Source of the DNA: an uncultured virus (IMG/VR IMGVR_UViG_3300030580_000287)
Lineage: Duplodnaviria; Heunggongvirae; Uroviricota; Caudoviricetes
Strand: one strand, 5' to 3'
IMG/VR virus record: IMGVR_UViG_3300030580_000287
Length of the DNA: 64,000 bases
Shown here: positions 29,601-38,822 of the stretch, piece after piece
How positions within the stretch are numbered: position 1 is the stretch's first letter
Layout: each line of letters starts with the position of its first letter
Notes under the pieces: generated by a model
Seen by the model: the letters and a program-made list of their open reading frames with translations, nothing else
What the model was told of the DNA's origin: nothing
The model's database searches: none
Position numbers and translations under genes: made by a program

Positions 29601-30319
29601 GGGACTTTGCTCAGTCTGTACGAACGGACATTGTTGAGGCAAAGGTCAGGGATAACGCAGCCAGCATCACGACTGTGCAGCAAACAATCGTGACCGATAA
29701 GGCTGCGACGGCCGAGGAAATCAAGACGCTCAAGGCGAGTGCTGGAGATAACTCGGCAGCAGTGCAGACCGTCAGCAGGGCCTTGGCCGACACAAGCAAG
29801 GCGCTGGGCGAGAAGATTGAAACCGTTCAGGTTGCCTCCGGCAAGAACACCGCCGCGATTCAAGAGACCAACCGGGTTGTCGCCGCCACCGATGGCAAGG
29901 TGTCAGCGATGAAGACCCTCAAGGTCGAGACCCTCAGTAACGGCAAGAAGGTCATGGCGGGGCTGGCGCTGGGATCTGATGGCGATACATCGGAAATTAT
30001 CGCCTTCGCTCAGCGCTTCTCAGTAGTCAATGAAATCGACGGCAAGGTGATCCCGATGTTCGTCGTAGAAGGCAATCAAGTGTTTTTCAATACCGCGATC
30101 ATCAGCACAGTATTTGTCCAGCAGATCATCCTGGGTATGACGATTCGATCTGAGGCCGTTGACTCCAAAGGTAAACCACTACTGGAGATCGATGTGAAGG
30201 CTGGGACATTCACGCTCCGCAGTTCTGGAGCAGGCGGGTCATCACTTCTCAATAACGACGGACTCTTCGTTTATGACGTAGAAAATATCGAGCGCGCGGC
30301 TATCGGGAGACTTTCATAA
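26627..30319 (+). CDS. Central tail tip/host-specificity protein (gpJ-like) with CBM5/12-like insert
   Basis: GAKGG...DSLRS; YPNTAL; FN3-like region; YDPAKTYAKGDMV...YW; DUF1983-like C-terminus. Confidence 0.92.
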   Translation: MGAARKIDIHGAKGGEEKPKTPTEAPDSLRSVAIAKMLIAVGEGEFEGTPTARDIYLDNTPLQDPQGNMNFPNVKWEWRTGAVDQAYIQGIPSVENETTISTELRSGTPWVRAISNTQLSAVRVRFAWPALQSVDADGNINGYRIEYKVEVATDGGAYQQVLSEAVDGKTTSVYERTRRIDLPKATSGWLMRITRITPNQNNNKISDTMQIAGFTEVIDAKLRYPNTALLYIEFSAEQFRNIPAVTIETKLKKMQVPSNYDPVARSYTGVWDGTFKQAWTDNAVWMTYDITTADRFGLGRRIKPWMVDKWELYRISQYCDQLVPDGKGGMEPRFICNLNLQSKADAWSLLRDISAIYRGMTYWAQGQVFTLSDMPRATDFDFAYTRANVIDGKFTYSSASERTRYTRALISYDNPANNYDTDVTAVTDAKLQRRYGDNPLEISAIGCTRESEAQRRGKWALLTNSKDRAISFKVGLDGRIPLPGYVIPIADELLAGRAVGGRIAEANGKVIKLDRDTQAKPDDRLILNLPDGKCEGRTVQLVSGRQITVTTAFSVAPERELVWALDADDLAIPLYRVTSVARPEPGVFEISAVQYDPSKFAHIDTGARLEERPISVIPVTVVLPPASVTLSSNYAVDQGIAISTMNISWPAVNGAVAYDVEWRKDSGNWIKVQRTGSTSVDITGIYSGAYLARVRSVSAFEISSIWKSSNLTNLEGKTGLPPAVSFLTTTSKVYGIGIQWGFPPGAEDTQRTELWYSQSPDQTTAIKLSDFSYPQAKHEMQNILAGASFFFWARLVDRTGNIGPFFPVTGAVNGRASSDQSEYDKYFADKIGKGALYQSLREEIELITGDGPGSVNERLEEAKKEFNDLINEIVDALEYDPAKTYAKGDMVRVGQHLFQATKAVPVNTTPPNASYWFDMGTIAETNDAMALEISKNKSAIDNVDGKVTATAEKLDGVYATIKAESAGNESGSAGDDTSSAGVWSLMSAIAERDFAQSVRTDIVEAKVRDNAASITTVQQTIVTDKAATAEEIKTLKASAGDNSAAVQTVSRALADTSKALGEKIETVQVASGKNTAAIQETNRVVAATDGKVSAMKTLKVETLSNGKKVMAGLALGSDGDTSEIIAFAQRFSVVNEIDGKVIPMFVVEGNQVFFNTAIISTVFVQQIILGMTIRSEAVDSKGKPLLEIDVKAGTFTLRSSGAGGSSLLNNDGLFVYDVENIERAAIGRLS

Positions 30320-30612
30320 TGGCTGAATATGGAGTGCGCGTAAGAGACGCGTCAGGAGTTGATACACTTAATACAAGCACTACTGTTATTAGAACCTTGG
30401 CCGTTAAACGTATTACGGTCCCGCCTTTGGCGGATCGGTTCTTTAGCTATGTCAATATGCCAGAGGTAACTGCTGAATGTTTTGTGGTGGCTAGTCGTGT
30501 TGACGTTACCGGGGAGCGGGATACTATGCCAGGTGTCTTTTGGTCAGTCGGGCAGCTGCAAATAAAATTAGGTGCGGGCTTGGTACTTGATATATTTATA
30601 TTGAGGGGATAG
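30319..30612 (+). CDS. Tail-tip accessory protein
   Basis: TAATG coupling to gpJ; MAEYGVRV; AT-richer. Confidence 0.65.
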   Translation: MAEYGVRVRDASGVDTLNTSTTVIRTLAVKRITVPPLADRFFSYVNMPEVTAECFVVASRVDVTGERDTMPGVFWSVGQLQIKLGAGLVLDIFILRG

Positions 30613-30614
30613 CG

Positions 30615-31292
30615 ATGCAATATGGTATTCGCACATCAAATGGCTCTGCTATTACGCAAATGGATTCGGAGAGTAAGGTTTTGACGGTGGCCGCGAGTGG
30701 TAGCTATGCCAGCGTCAATAGCTACGAATTTACAATTACTTACGCTACGCCGATAACCACGCAACAAAAGCCATTTATTTTTCTGAAGCCAAGCGGTCTT
30801 GGCTTTACGAAGCTTATTTTACATCTTGGCGGTCCAGGTAACTGGACCGGCTTCTATGCAAGGGACACTGGTAGCGGAAAATGGATGGCCGGCGTATTTA
30901 ACTCGATTGTACAGCCGAGTCAGTACGATATCCGGATTACTGACTCTTCCGGCTCCAGGCTGTTTAGTGGAAGTGACAATATAATTCAGTTGAAAGGGGC
31001 TCCTAATTCTACAAATTGGGTATTTAACAGTGAAGGCTTCCAGTCTGGTGGGGTTTATTGGTCTGGAATTCAAGCTCCATGGACGGGCTCATTCGATGAT
31101 TATTTTCTAGCCTCTACAGCCGCTGCCGGTCGGGTTTACAACGGGAATAGTACCCAAGAGACACAAATAGGGTTCTCTGCAGGAAACCGGCAAGTTATCA
31201 AGGGGTTTATCGGTACTCTTATTGGCTCTGAAACTGGTGCAGTATTTAGTGGTCGTACCACTTTCGCTGCTAGACCCATGCGCCCTATTTAA
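30615..31292 (+). CDS. Tail-tip accessory/receptor-binding protein
   Basis: MQYGI start, beta-rich, AT-richer variable region. Confidence 0.6.
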   Translation: MQYGIRTSNGSAITQMDSESKVLTVAASGSYASVNSYEFTITYATPITTQQKPFIFLKPSGLGFTKLILHLGGPGNWTGFYARDTGSGKWMAGVFNSIVQPSQYDIRITDSSGSRLFSGSDNIIQLKGAPNSTNWVFNSEGFQSGGVYWSGIQAPWTGSFDDYFLASTAAAGRVYNGNSTQETQIGFSAGNRQVIKGFIGTLIGSETGAVFSGRTTFAARPMRPI

Positions 31293-31349
31293 GAATGAAT
31301 GAATACCGAAACCCGCGATGTGCGGGTGTTTTTTTGACTGGAGAAAACG

Positions 31350-32300
31350 ATGGCAAGACAAGAGATCATCCTGGGCACGCCACCACAAGGGATTGGTGGT
31401 GATACGCCACGAGCTGCAAACATGAAGATCAATGCCATGACGACTGAGTTGTATGGAGTAACGAACAGTCTTGCGAATGGCACAGGAAAGCCGTTGCTTG
31501 CAGCTGTTGGTGTCCGGGCATCTGCAATCGGGTTATTTGGCGTTCAGGGTGGGTACATTGGGTGGAACGGGCAAGAGGTTAGCGGTTATAGCGGCGAGAT
31601 GAACTTTGTCTGCAATCGCGGGAGCGGGACAGGGGGCTTCACCTGGCGGTCAGTGAACGCCATGAATACTGAAAGCGGCCCAGCTATGACGTACAGCTAT
31701 AGCGGCGTTCTAGATGTTGGTGAAATCAGCACTCGACTGATATCCCCGTTCCGGGTTCGAGAGACAAATGGTCGGATTGGGTCTGGTGCCGGCCTTTACT
31801 TCGGGTGGAATGAATCAGGTTACATCGGCGAGTCGAACTTTATTTGTAACAACAATGCCTCTAACAACCCCGCTGCTGGGGGGTTCAGTTGGCGAACCGT
31901 CAATAACATAAACACTGCCAGCGGTCCAACAATGAGGTACACGTACGCGGGCGACCTTTCGGTTCCGGGCACGGTTGTACAGGGCTCTGATCGTCGCCTG
32001 AAAATCAACGATGTCGAAATCACGAATGGCCTGGAGAAGATTCTGCAGGTCCGCCCAGTGGAGTTCGACCGCCGCTCAATGCTGACCGACAAGGAGTACC
32101 CATTCCACGAAGCGGGCGTCATCGCTCAAGAACTCCATGACGTTCTCCCGATACTGGTTACCCCTGGCGATGACGACGAGTCACAGGAAAGTATCTGGCG
32201 AGTGAACTACACCGGGCTTATCCCCTATCTGATCTCCGCGATCAAAGAGCTAAAGTCCGAAATTGAAGAGCTGAAAGCCGGAAAGACCGGCCCAGCTTAA
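31350..32300 (+). CDS. Tail fibre with C-terminal peptidase S74 intramolecular chaperone
   Basis: IILGTPP.G.GGDTPR.A..KIN; SDRRLK; GVIAQE; VNYTGLIPYLISAIKEL. Confidence 0.85.
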   Translation: MARQEIILGTPPQGIGGDTPRAANMKINAMTTELYGVTNSLANGTGKPLLAAVGVRASAIGLFGVQGGYIGWNGQEVSGYSGEMNFVCNRGSGTGGFTWRSVNAMNTESGPAMTYSYSGVLDVGEISTRLISPFRVRETNGRIGSGAGLYFGWNESGYIGESNFICNNNASNNPAAGGFSWRTVNNINTASGPTMRYTYAGDLSVPGTVVQGSDRRLKINDVEITNGLEKILQVRPVEFDRRSMLTDKEYPFHEAGVIAQELHDVLPILVTPGDDDESQESIWRVNYTGLIPYLISAIKELKSEIEELKAGKTGPA

Positions 32301-32363
32301 AGCCTCTGTCCGCAACAAACGCACCCCGCCACCGAGCGGGCTTTTTTTCGCCTGGAGAAAGCT

Positions 32364-32789
32364 ATGACCCCAACAATTCCTCGCGGCGTACGTTCAAATA
32401 ACCCCGGCAATATCGATTACAACCCCGCGAACCAGTGGCAGGGCCAGCTCAAGCCAGACCCGGCTATCGAGAAGCGCTTCGCCCGGTTCGATACGCCCGA
32501 GAACGGTATCCGCGCCTTGGGCAAGCTGTTGCTGACCTACCAGCGCAAATACGGGCTCAGGACCGTGAAGGCCATCATCAGCCGATGGGCACCACCCGAG
32601 GAGAACGACACGGCGGCCTATGTGCATGCCGTCGAGGCGAACACCGGCACCGCGCCGGGCGCAGAGATCGATCTAACACAGGCCCAGGTCATGCGCGGCT
32701 TCGTCAAGGCAATCATCCATCACGAGAACGCAGGGTATGCCTATCCGGACGCGGTTCTAGCCGAAGGTGTGCGCAGGTCGCTGATATGA
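32364..32789 (+). CDS. Putative endolysin (lysozyme-like)
   Basis: RGVRSNNPGNI...F.TPENGIRA...IISRWAP..ENDT; upstream of spanin-like pair. Confidence 0.7.
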   Translation: MTPTIPRGVRSNNPGNIDYNPANQWQGQLKPDPAIEKRFARFDTPENGIRALGKLLLTYQRKYGLRTVKAIISRWAPPEENDTAAYVHAVEANTGTAPGAEIDLTQAQVMRGFVKAIIHHENAGYAYPDAVLAEGVRRSLI

Positions 32790-33157
32790 CCCTGGCGCAG
32801 AAGTTGGCCGTCCTTGTGCTATTGGTGATCCTGCTGCCGGCCCTGGGTGTCAGTGGCGGGGTTTGGCTGGCTGCTCAGCATTACCGGCCGCTGCTCGACA
32901 CTGCGAACACCAATCTGGCCAACGTCAAGTCGGCGCGTAATAACCTTGAGGCGCTGGTGGGCGAGCAGGGTAGGAAGCTGGGCGAGCTGGTACAGGCAGG
33001 AAAGGAGCGCGAGCAGCGCGCCGCGCAGGCCGAGGCTGACGCCAGCGACCTGGCCAAGCCAGAGTATTCAGCGGCGAACCGTTTGCTACAGGAGCGAATC
33101 GGTGGCGATCCCGCTCAGGCAGCAGCGGCCATCATCGATCAGGAGTTGGGCTTGTGA
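32786..33157 (+). CDS. i-spanin-like protein
   Basis: N-terminal TM plus coiled coil, after endolysin. Confidence 0.65.
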   Translation: MTLAQKLAVLVLLVILLPALGVSGGVWLAAQHYRPLLDTANTNLANVKSARNNLEALVGEQGRKLGELVQAGKEREQRAAQAEADASDLAKPEYSAANRLLQERIGGDPAQAAAAIIDQELGL

Positions 33158-33441
33158 ACGACAAAGCGCACTGCAAAATATTCCAGAAATTATTCCTGAC
33201 TGGGTTTCTGTTATTCATGGCCGGATGCGAAACTCGCGAACCCGAGGTGCGCACAGTGCGGGTGGAGGTGCCTGTGCAGATCCCATGTAGGTCGCGGGAG
33301 GTGGAGGTGCCACCATGGGCGGCGTCGGGGCTCAAGAAGTCCGATAGTCTGGAACTGAAGGTGAGGGCGCTATTGGCCGAACGGCGCCAGAGAGTTGGGT
33401 ACGAGCTGCAATTGGTAGCGGCAGTTGGTGCGTGTCGTTAG
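33154..33441 (+). CDS. o-spanin-like lipoprotein
   Basis: Lipobox MAGC; VEVPVQIPC; C-terminal Cys. Confidence 0.65.
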   Translation: MNDKAHCKIFQKLFLTGFLLFMAGCETREPEVRTVRVEVPVQIPCRSREVEVPPWAASGLKKSDSLELKVRALLAERRQRVGYELQLVAAVGACR

Positions 33442-33463
33442 TAACGCACCAACTGAACAGAGT

Positions 33464-35368
33464 CTAAATTATGGCGTCTGACAGGCCGATGCGCTTAAGC
33501 TCTTTTGGATGATTTTGTTTCAGGCTTGCAAAAATATATTTTACAAAGCTAGCACTTAAGTGATTCCAGTCTTCCATAAACGGGATGCCGTTGCTGCTTG
33601 ATGGGCATTTCTTTTTGTCATAACCACACATTAAGTCGATTATGTCGACAAAGGTGTACTTGAGATCGCTTGGCACTTCTCCAGAAGTTGCAAGAGACCT
33701 CTTGTCAGGGTAGATGGCTAGGTCGATGCATCTTTTAGCATCGCTGCGAGCCACAAACATAGCATTCATGCAGGTCCCTGTTTTTTCTACCTCAAGTTGG
33801 TAGTAATTGCCGAAAATGTATGTGGTTGCTCCTGTTCGCTCAGCAAGTGACTTTAGCAGTGCGAAGCGAAATAGGTTTGCCTCATATTCAAATGGTCTGT
33901 AGGAAACAAGAAGTATCTTTGTTGTTGAATTAATCACGGAGTCGTCATTTAGGTATTTGACTAGCGTTGCACAACCTTCCTTGTACATGGATTCTTCTGG
34001 AGAGGCTGTGATTGTCTTTCCGTTTATTTGTACGTCGCAGTGGAGAAATGTTACCGCTACCACACGATATCGGGAGTGGTCGATATTTTCGTTTATTCCT
34101 ACTGACCAGTTTTTAACATAAGAGTCGCCAATTATGAGTATAGTTTCTTTTGGTGGCGGCGAAACTTTATAGAATTCGCTTACCTGGGAGTCGTTCGTGA
34201 ATTTTAAGTTTAGATTATTCTCGATGGCTCTAGCCTCAGCGCTATAGAAGCTATCCACGCGACCAGGGAAGCCCAACTGATTGTTTCCGACAAAGCCAAT
34301 GACGGCCAGCACCAGCGCTACGGCCAGTGTTGATCCTATGACTACGCCCGACTTTTGACCCTTGGCTTTGCGAGTAGGGTTCTCGATAAACTTGTAGGTC
34401 AGTACCGACAGGACAACGGTGGCCAGGATCAAAGCTGCGATCACGGGCTTGCTTAAGTCGTGGGCCATCCTGAGCTTTGCAAATGCAAACAAAGGCTGAT
34501 GCCACAGATAAGCGCTATAGCTCAGCAGTCCTGCGGACAGGAATACGCGCATTGTCAGAAGCCGGTGGGCTACGGTTCCTTCGCGCGCAAATTGGATGAT
34601 TAGAACCGCACCAATTACCGACGGCACGGCATACAGGGCGTCCAGTTTGGCTATTTTTTTGTAGGCGAATATAGAGGTGATGACCAACACCAGGCCTAAA
34701 ATGCTTCCGATATTGTTAACTGTGCGATTGCTTGACCTCCATCCGATCAAAGCAACCATTGCGCCGGCTAATATCTCCCACGCGCGAGCCGGAAGTAAGT
34801 AGAAGACACCAACTTGGTCCTTGCCATAGAACCAGACAGCAAAGGCGAGGCTAGAAACAAGAGCAACGGCTATGATGACGGTGATTGCTTTGACTCCTGC
34901 TCGCCATAACAACATTATTAGCAGGGGGAAGAAAACGTAGTACTGTTCCTCTACGGCCAGGCTCCAGGTATGGAGTAGAGGCTTTAGTTCTGCTGCGGTG
35001 TCAAAGTAACCGCTCTGCATCCAGAAGAGAATGTTTGAGCCGAATGCCAGCGTGGCCATTATGCTCTGTGCAAAAGATTTTAACTCTAGTGGCGGAAGAA
35101 TGAACCAAGCAACAGGAATGGTACAGGCTATTACGAACAGAAGTGCCGGTAAGATTCGCTTCGCTCGTCTTTCGTAAAAAGATGCCAGGGTAAATGTCCC
35201 TGCGCTCTTTTCAGCCATTATGATAGAGGTGATTAAATACCCGCTGATCACGAAAAAGATATCGACGCCAACAAAACCACCTTTGAACTTGGTGATCCCT
35301 GCATGAAATAAAATAACAGGGATTACTGCGAGCGCCCGCAGACCGTCAATCTCACCTCTGTACTTCAT
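33464..35368 (-). CDS. OafA-like O-acyltransferase (AT3 plus SGNH), probable O-antigen modification moron
   Basis: IDGLRALAV, GGFVGVDIFFVISGYLI, HTWSLAVEEQYY, SYSAYLWHQP; C-terminal GDS and DWNH. Confidence 0.9.
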   Translation of the reverse strand: MKYRGEIDGLRALAVIPVILFHAGITKFKGGFVGVDIFFVISGYLITSIIMAEKSAGTFTLASFYERRAKRILPALLFVIACTIPVAWFILPPLELKSFAQSIMATLAFGSNILFWMQSGYFDTAAELKPLLHTWSLAVEEQYYVFFPLLIMLLWRAGVKAITVIIAVALVSSLAFAVWFYGKDQVGVFYLLPARAWEILAGAMVALIGWRSSNRTVNNIGSILGLVLVITSIFAYKKIAKLDALYAVPSVIGAVLIIQFAREGTVAHRLLTMRVFLSAGLLSYSAYLWHQPLFAFAKLRMAHDLSKPVIAALILATVVLSVLTYKFIENPTRKAKGQKSGVVIGSTLAVALVLAVIGFVGNNQLGFPGRVDSFYSAEARAIENNLNLKFTNDSQVSEFYKVSPPPKETILIIGDSYVKNWSVGINENIDHSRYRVVAVTFLHCDVQINGKTITASPEESMYKEGCATLVKYLNDDSVINSTTKILLVSYRPFEYEANLFRFALLKSLAERTGATTYIFGNYYQLEVEKTGTCMNAMFVARSDAKRCIDLAIYPDKRSLATSGEVPSDLKYTFVDIIDLMCGYDKKKCPSSSNGIPFMEDWNHLSASFVKYIFASLKQNHPKELKRIGLSDAII

Positions 35369-35553
35369 GTAGCTGTTGCTCCGTCTTTATGCGATTTGTA
35401 GCGGTTGCGCATTCTACTTGTACCGCTCTTGATACGACAGCCTGCCGTGCCGCTTGCCCTGGCGGATGCTGGACGAGCACCGGAATCACCAACGCTTGCG
35501 ACCAAGGAATGGTCGCCGGCCGTCACACCACCCACCTCGCAAAGGATTGCAAA

Positions 35554-36321
35554 ATGACAAACCCAATCGTTCCATGGATGGGCGGTAAACGCCGCCTGTC
35601 GAAGCGTCTGCTGGCGCTCTTTCCTGACCACGAATGCTACGTTGAGGTTTTCGCCGGCGGCGCAGCTCTGTACTTCAAGCGAGAGCAGCCTGCCCAGGTT
35701 GAGGTGCTCAACGACATCAATGGGGATCTGGTGAACTTGTATCGAGTGATCCAGCACCACCTGGAGGAGTTCGTGCGGCAGTTCAAGTGGGCGCTGAGTT
35801 CCCGGCAGATCTTTGAATGGCAAAAGATGACCGTTCCGGAGACCCTCACTGATATCCAGAGGGCAGCGCGGTTCTTCTATCTCCAGCACCACGCCTTCGG
35901 TGCCAAAGCAACAGGCCAGACCTTCGGCACCGGGACCACCAGACGACCTATCAATCTGCTCCGGATCGAGGAGAACTTGTCCGAAGCCTGGCAGCGCCTG
36001 ACCGGAACCTACGTTGAAAACCTGCCGTGGCTAAAGTGCGCCGAGAAGTACGATCGGCCTCACACCTTCCACTATATGGACCCTCCATACTGGCAGACAG
36101 CGGGATACGGGGTCGGGTTTGGTTTTGAGGAGTACGAGCGAATGGCCGACTTCATGCGGACCTGCCAGGGCAAGGTGATGGTCAGCATCAACGATCACCC
36201 GGATATCCGGCGGGTGTTCGAAGGATTTCGTCTGGAGACGATGGATATCCGGTATAGCACTGCCAATCCCCGGAAAGGATCGGCCGCTGTGACTGGCGAG
36301 CTGGCGATCATGAGCTGGTAG
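35554..36321 (+). CDS. DNA adenine methyltransferase (Dam/D12 class)
   Basis: PWMGGK, YVEVFAGG, LNDIN, DPPY. Confidence 0.9.
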   Translation: MTNPIVPWMGGKRRLSKRLLALFPDHECYVEVFAGGAALYFKREQPAQVEVLNDINGDLVNLYRVIQHHLEEFVRQFKWALSSRQIFEWQKMTVPETLTDIQRAARFFYLQHHAFGAKATGQTFGTGTTRRPINLLRIEENLSEAWQRLTGTYVENLPWLKCAEKYDRPHTFHYMDPPYWQTAGYGVGFGFEEYERMADFMRTCQGKVMVSINDHPDIRRVFEGFRLETMDIRYSTANPRKGSAAVTGELAIMSW

Positions 36322-36706
36322 TTGGCCAGCGCCTGGTGTGTTTCAAAATAAGGATTGTGTTCGTTCGGCAGGACGCAGGGGGGAGGGAGTTGTACGGGAA
36401 AATTCTTCCCCAAAATGCAACCGTTTGGACCAGTGTTTATTGGGTTTTAAAGAGTCGCTACTTCAGTGCTTTTAGATGGTCTATTTGTAGCTCAAGGCCT
36501 TGATTTTAAAGGCCTTAGCTGGTTTTTATGCGGCGTCCCAGGCTTTGACACCATGATTGGACGGTCAGAACCGGTCTTTCCTGCGCAAAACCTCCGTTGC
36601 AGGCCACGGTTTACCGTTTGCATAAGCACAAAAAAATGGATGTTTTGCCACCATTTAAAAGGTCTATACACGTTTAAAATCAACATCTTAGCTCTATAAA
36701 GCCCCC

Positions 36707-36763
36707 AGCATGGGGTGCTAGGGGTCGAGTGTTCGAATCACTCCGTCCCGACCATATTTTTCA
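36707..36763 (+). repeat. att core, 3' half of tRNA-Pro(GGG); junction of prophage 1 and element 2
   Basis: AGCATGGGGTGCTAGGGGTCGAGTGTTCGAATCACTCCGTCCCGACCATATTTTTCA, identical to 62619-62675; lacks 5' acceptor strand and D arm. Confidence 0.92.
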
Positions 36764-36823
36764 ATGAGTTAGCCCAATCTTTTCAGGTTGGGCTTTTTCA
36801 TGCGTAGGGACTTTTGCGGGGGA

Positions 36824-37144
36824 TCATCCCGATTTCCTCCTCAAGATGGTCAGCGCTGGCCCGCGAGAGTCAGTTGCCGACACTTTGTTCGCAGCCTCAA
36901 TCAGATGCTGCAGCTCCGGGGTAGAATAGTGGCTGGTGATGCTGCCGTTCTTATGCCCCAACAATGCCTTCCGATCTTCCTCTGTCACGCCTGCTGCACG
37001 TAGCCTTCTGCCAAAGGTGTGCTTCAAGTCGTGAACGCGGAAAGCCCTGAACCCTGGATGCGCCGGCGACTGGTTGGTTTGTTCCCATTTGTCCGCCGAA
37101 CGCTTCCTGGCCTTCCTCCAGGCCGAGTCATTCATTCTGTCCAT
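36824..37144 (-). pseudogene. Tyrosine integrase C-terminal remnant
   Basis: HDLKHTFG.RL...LLGH...IT.HY motifs; N-terminal domains absent. Confidence 0.85.
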
Positions 37145-37344
37145 GGTAGTGGCCCCATATTGATCTGGCTGTCCGTATCAACTCTTGGCCAGCCGTCGAG
37201 CCCACCTGAATCCATCCGGATTTATCGCGGCCGTAGTTTTCTGTCTTGAACAAGCGATACCTGTTCCGGTGTCCGGTTCCGGGCGATGAGGTCTCGGTGT
37301 TCATATAGAACGCCACGCCATCCCGTCGTACCTGAAGGACTGTC

Positions 37345-37512
37345 TTAGCCATGGGACGAATCACCTTGAAAGTGGTCAGCCAGCACTCGGCGCGCGTCGA
37401 TCCCGCGCGATGCTGACATGACGTAGATCTGGCTGAAGGTGGTCTCCCGATGTTGTAGGGCGTTGAACAGTTCGATCAGGCGCTCGCCCACCTGTCCGTT
37501 GCGGCGGCTCAT
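37345..37512 (-). CDS. Small hypothetical pL-operon protein (55 aa)
   Basis: MSRRNGQVGERLIELFNAL...; overlap-coupled to Arc gene. Confidence 0.5.
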   Translation of the reverse strand: MSRRNGQVGERLIELFNALQHRETTFSQIYVMSASRGIDARRVLADHFQGDSSHG

Positions 37513-37742
37513 AGGCCTGAGCTCACAGCTGGCGGGAGCGAAGCGGCGGCACTTGCCAGCGCATCCAGCAGCAAGGTTTGGCGGTTCTGTCCGTCCAGGT
37601 ACTGACGCACGGCCCGGACAAACACGCTATTCATACTCCGGTCAGCGGCATTCGCAGCTGCTTCGATATCGGCACGCAGCCCGTCAGGCAGGCGTACCAC
37701 AAATTTGTCAGCGGTACGGGAGTCGTATTGGTTAGTACTCAA
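37509..37742 (-). CDS. Arc-family ribbon-helix-helix protein
   Basis: SRTADKFVVRLPDGLR...RSMNS; GGAG RBS. Confidence 0.85.
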   Translation of the reverse strand: MSTNQYDSRTADKFVVRLPDGLRADIEAAANAADRSMNSVFVRAVRQYLDGQNRQTLLLDALASAAASLPPAVSSGL

Positions 37743-37840
37743 TGTGTTTCTCCAGGCAAGCCGATAGCCGGCCGCGATGATGGCTCTCGTAAATATTTGG
37801 ATGTGCTCTGTTTCGCCATGAGGTGGCGAAGGAGTGGCTA

Positions 37841-37877
37841 TAAATTAGCAATAGCTAAATAAATTAGCAAATTGTTT
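37841..37877. promoter_or_regulatory. Left operator region (oL-like)
   Basis: TTAGCAATAGCTAA and TTAGCAAATTG, matching sites between cI and cro. Confidence 0.6.
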
Positions 37878-38022
37878 TTGAGGTTTCCAGATTTGCTAAT
37901 TCTTCTTCAGGGGAGGAGGCTCTTAACTCGTAGTGGCGAAGTAATGGTGCTAAATTCGGCCTCATCACGGTTGGGTCGGCTTAGGTATGAGATCCGTCGA
38001 TCTCAAGACAGAAAGGGACTTT

Positions 38023-38487
38023 ATGAAAAAAATGCTTCTTGGCCTCTCAATGGTCGCGCTTCTCTCGGGTTGCGCCACCAGCGGCACAAAAATCGAACAA
38101 GCCCAGATCGACAGTTTGATCAAAGGTAAAACCACCAGCAGTGAAGTGATTGCTCTTCTCGGCCCACCAACGGCGGTCACTCAGAACTCTGACGGATCGC
38201 AAGTGCTGGGTTGGGGCTATGCCTACGTTGGCTTCGCTGGTATCGGTACCGAGGTAGAGAGCACGACGGTAACTATTGCTCAAGATGGGACCGTGAGCAG
38301 CTATGCCCGAAGCGGTTCGAAGGTCGGGGGAGGAGCACCATCTACTTACAGCGCCGTCCCCGTACAGCCGACCCCGGGCCCTATGACCAAGAGTCAGTAC
38401 AAGCAGGTTCAGCTCCAGAAACTCACAGAGCAGAACTTGCCTTACGACGAATACCAGAAGCGCTATCAGGAAATAATGGCCCAATAG
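38023..38487 (+). CDS. Lipoprotein, SmpA/BamE-like
   Basis: Lipobox LSGC; LIKGKTT..EV..LLGPP. Confidence 0.75.
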   Translation: MKKMLLGLSMVALLSGCATSGTKIEQAQIDSLIKGKTTSSEVIALLGPPTAVTQNSDGSQVLGWGYAYVGFAGIGTEVESTTVTIAQDGTVSSYARSGSKVGGGAPSTYSAVPVQPTPGPMTKSQYKQVQLQKLTEQNLPYDEYQKRYQEIMAQ

Positions 38488-38507
38488 GTCTACTTGGATA
38501 TTTAGTC

Positions 38508-38732
38508 ATGCCCCTAACTAAGGCCAACCAGCAGCTTCGCCGCGACCTCAAGGCGATCGCCTCCAACCTTGAGCAGTCCTGCGTCGATCTGGTCAAGCTC
38601 GCGGAAAAGCTCAGTGATGCCGATGCCATAGGATTGATGGGATTGGTGGGTACGCTCCATGAGGAAGCTGACCGGTTGGCGGGGTATGCGGATGAGGTGA
38701 CGGTAGGAAGGATTGTGCGGACAAACGAATGA
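38508..38732 (+). CDS. Hypothetical helical protein
   Basis: MPLTKANQQLRRDLK... compact ORF. Confidence 0.5.
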   Translation: MPLTKANQQLRRDLKAIASNLEQSCVDLVKLAEKLSDADAIGLMGLVGTLHEEADRLAGYADEVTVGRIVRTNE

Positions 38733-38822
38733 ATAGCGGGTCGGATGGCTTCTGGCTGGGAATGCACATCTCGTCTATATGGCATCCCGGCATGGCCGGT
38801 AATGAGGGAGTGTTAGAGCGGT

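Larger units (their letters stand above)
1..36763 (+). mobile_element. Prophage 1 (lambdoid siphovirus), right part; left end outside window
   Basis: Canonical order of replication, nin, Q, lysis, terminase, portal, capsid, tail, fibre and endolysin genes, ending at a tRNA-Pro 3' fragment (attR). Confidence 0.95.

Noticed and set aside
30319..32300. Tail-fibre inversion system or diversity-generating retroelement
   Set aside because: No invertase or reverse transcriptase and no TR/VR or inverted crossover repeats seen
35389..35553. Methylase N-terminal extension or Com-like regulator
   Set aside because: Family-typical start is MTNPIVPWMGGK at 35554; no CxxC Com ORF seen
36707..36754. Intact tRNA-Pro gene (also at 62617-62666)
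   Set aside because: Both copies lack the 5' acceptor strand and D arm; they are att fragments
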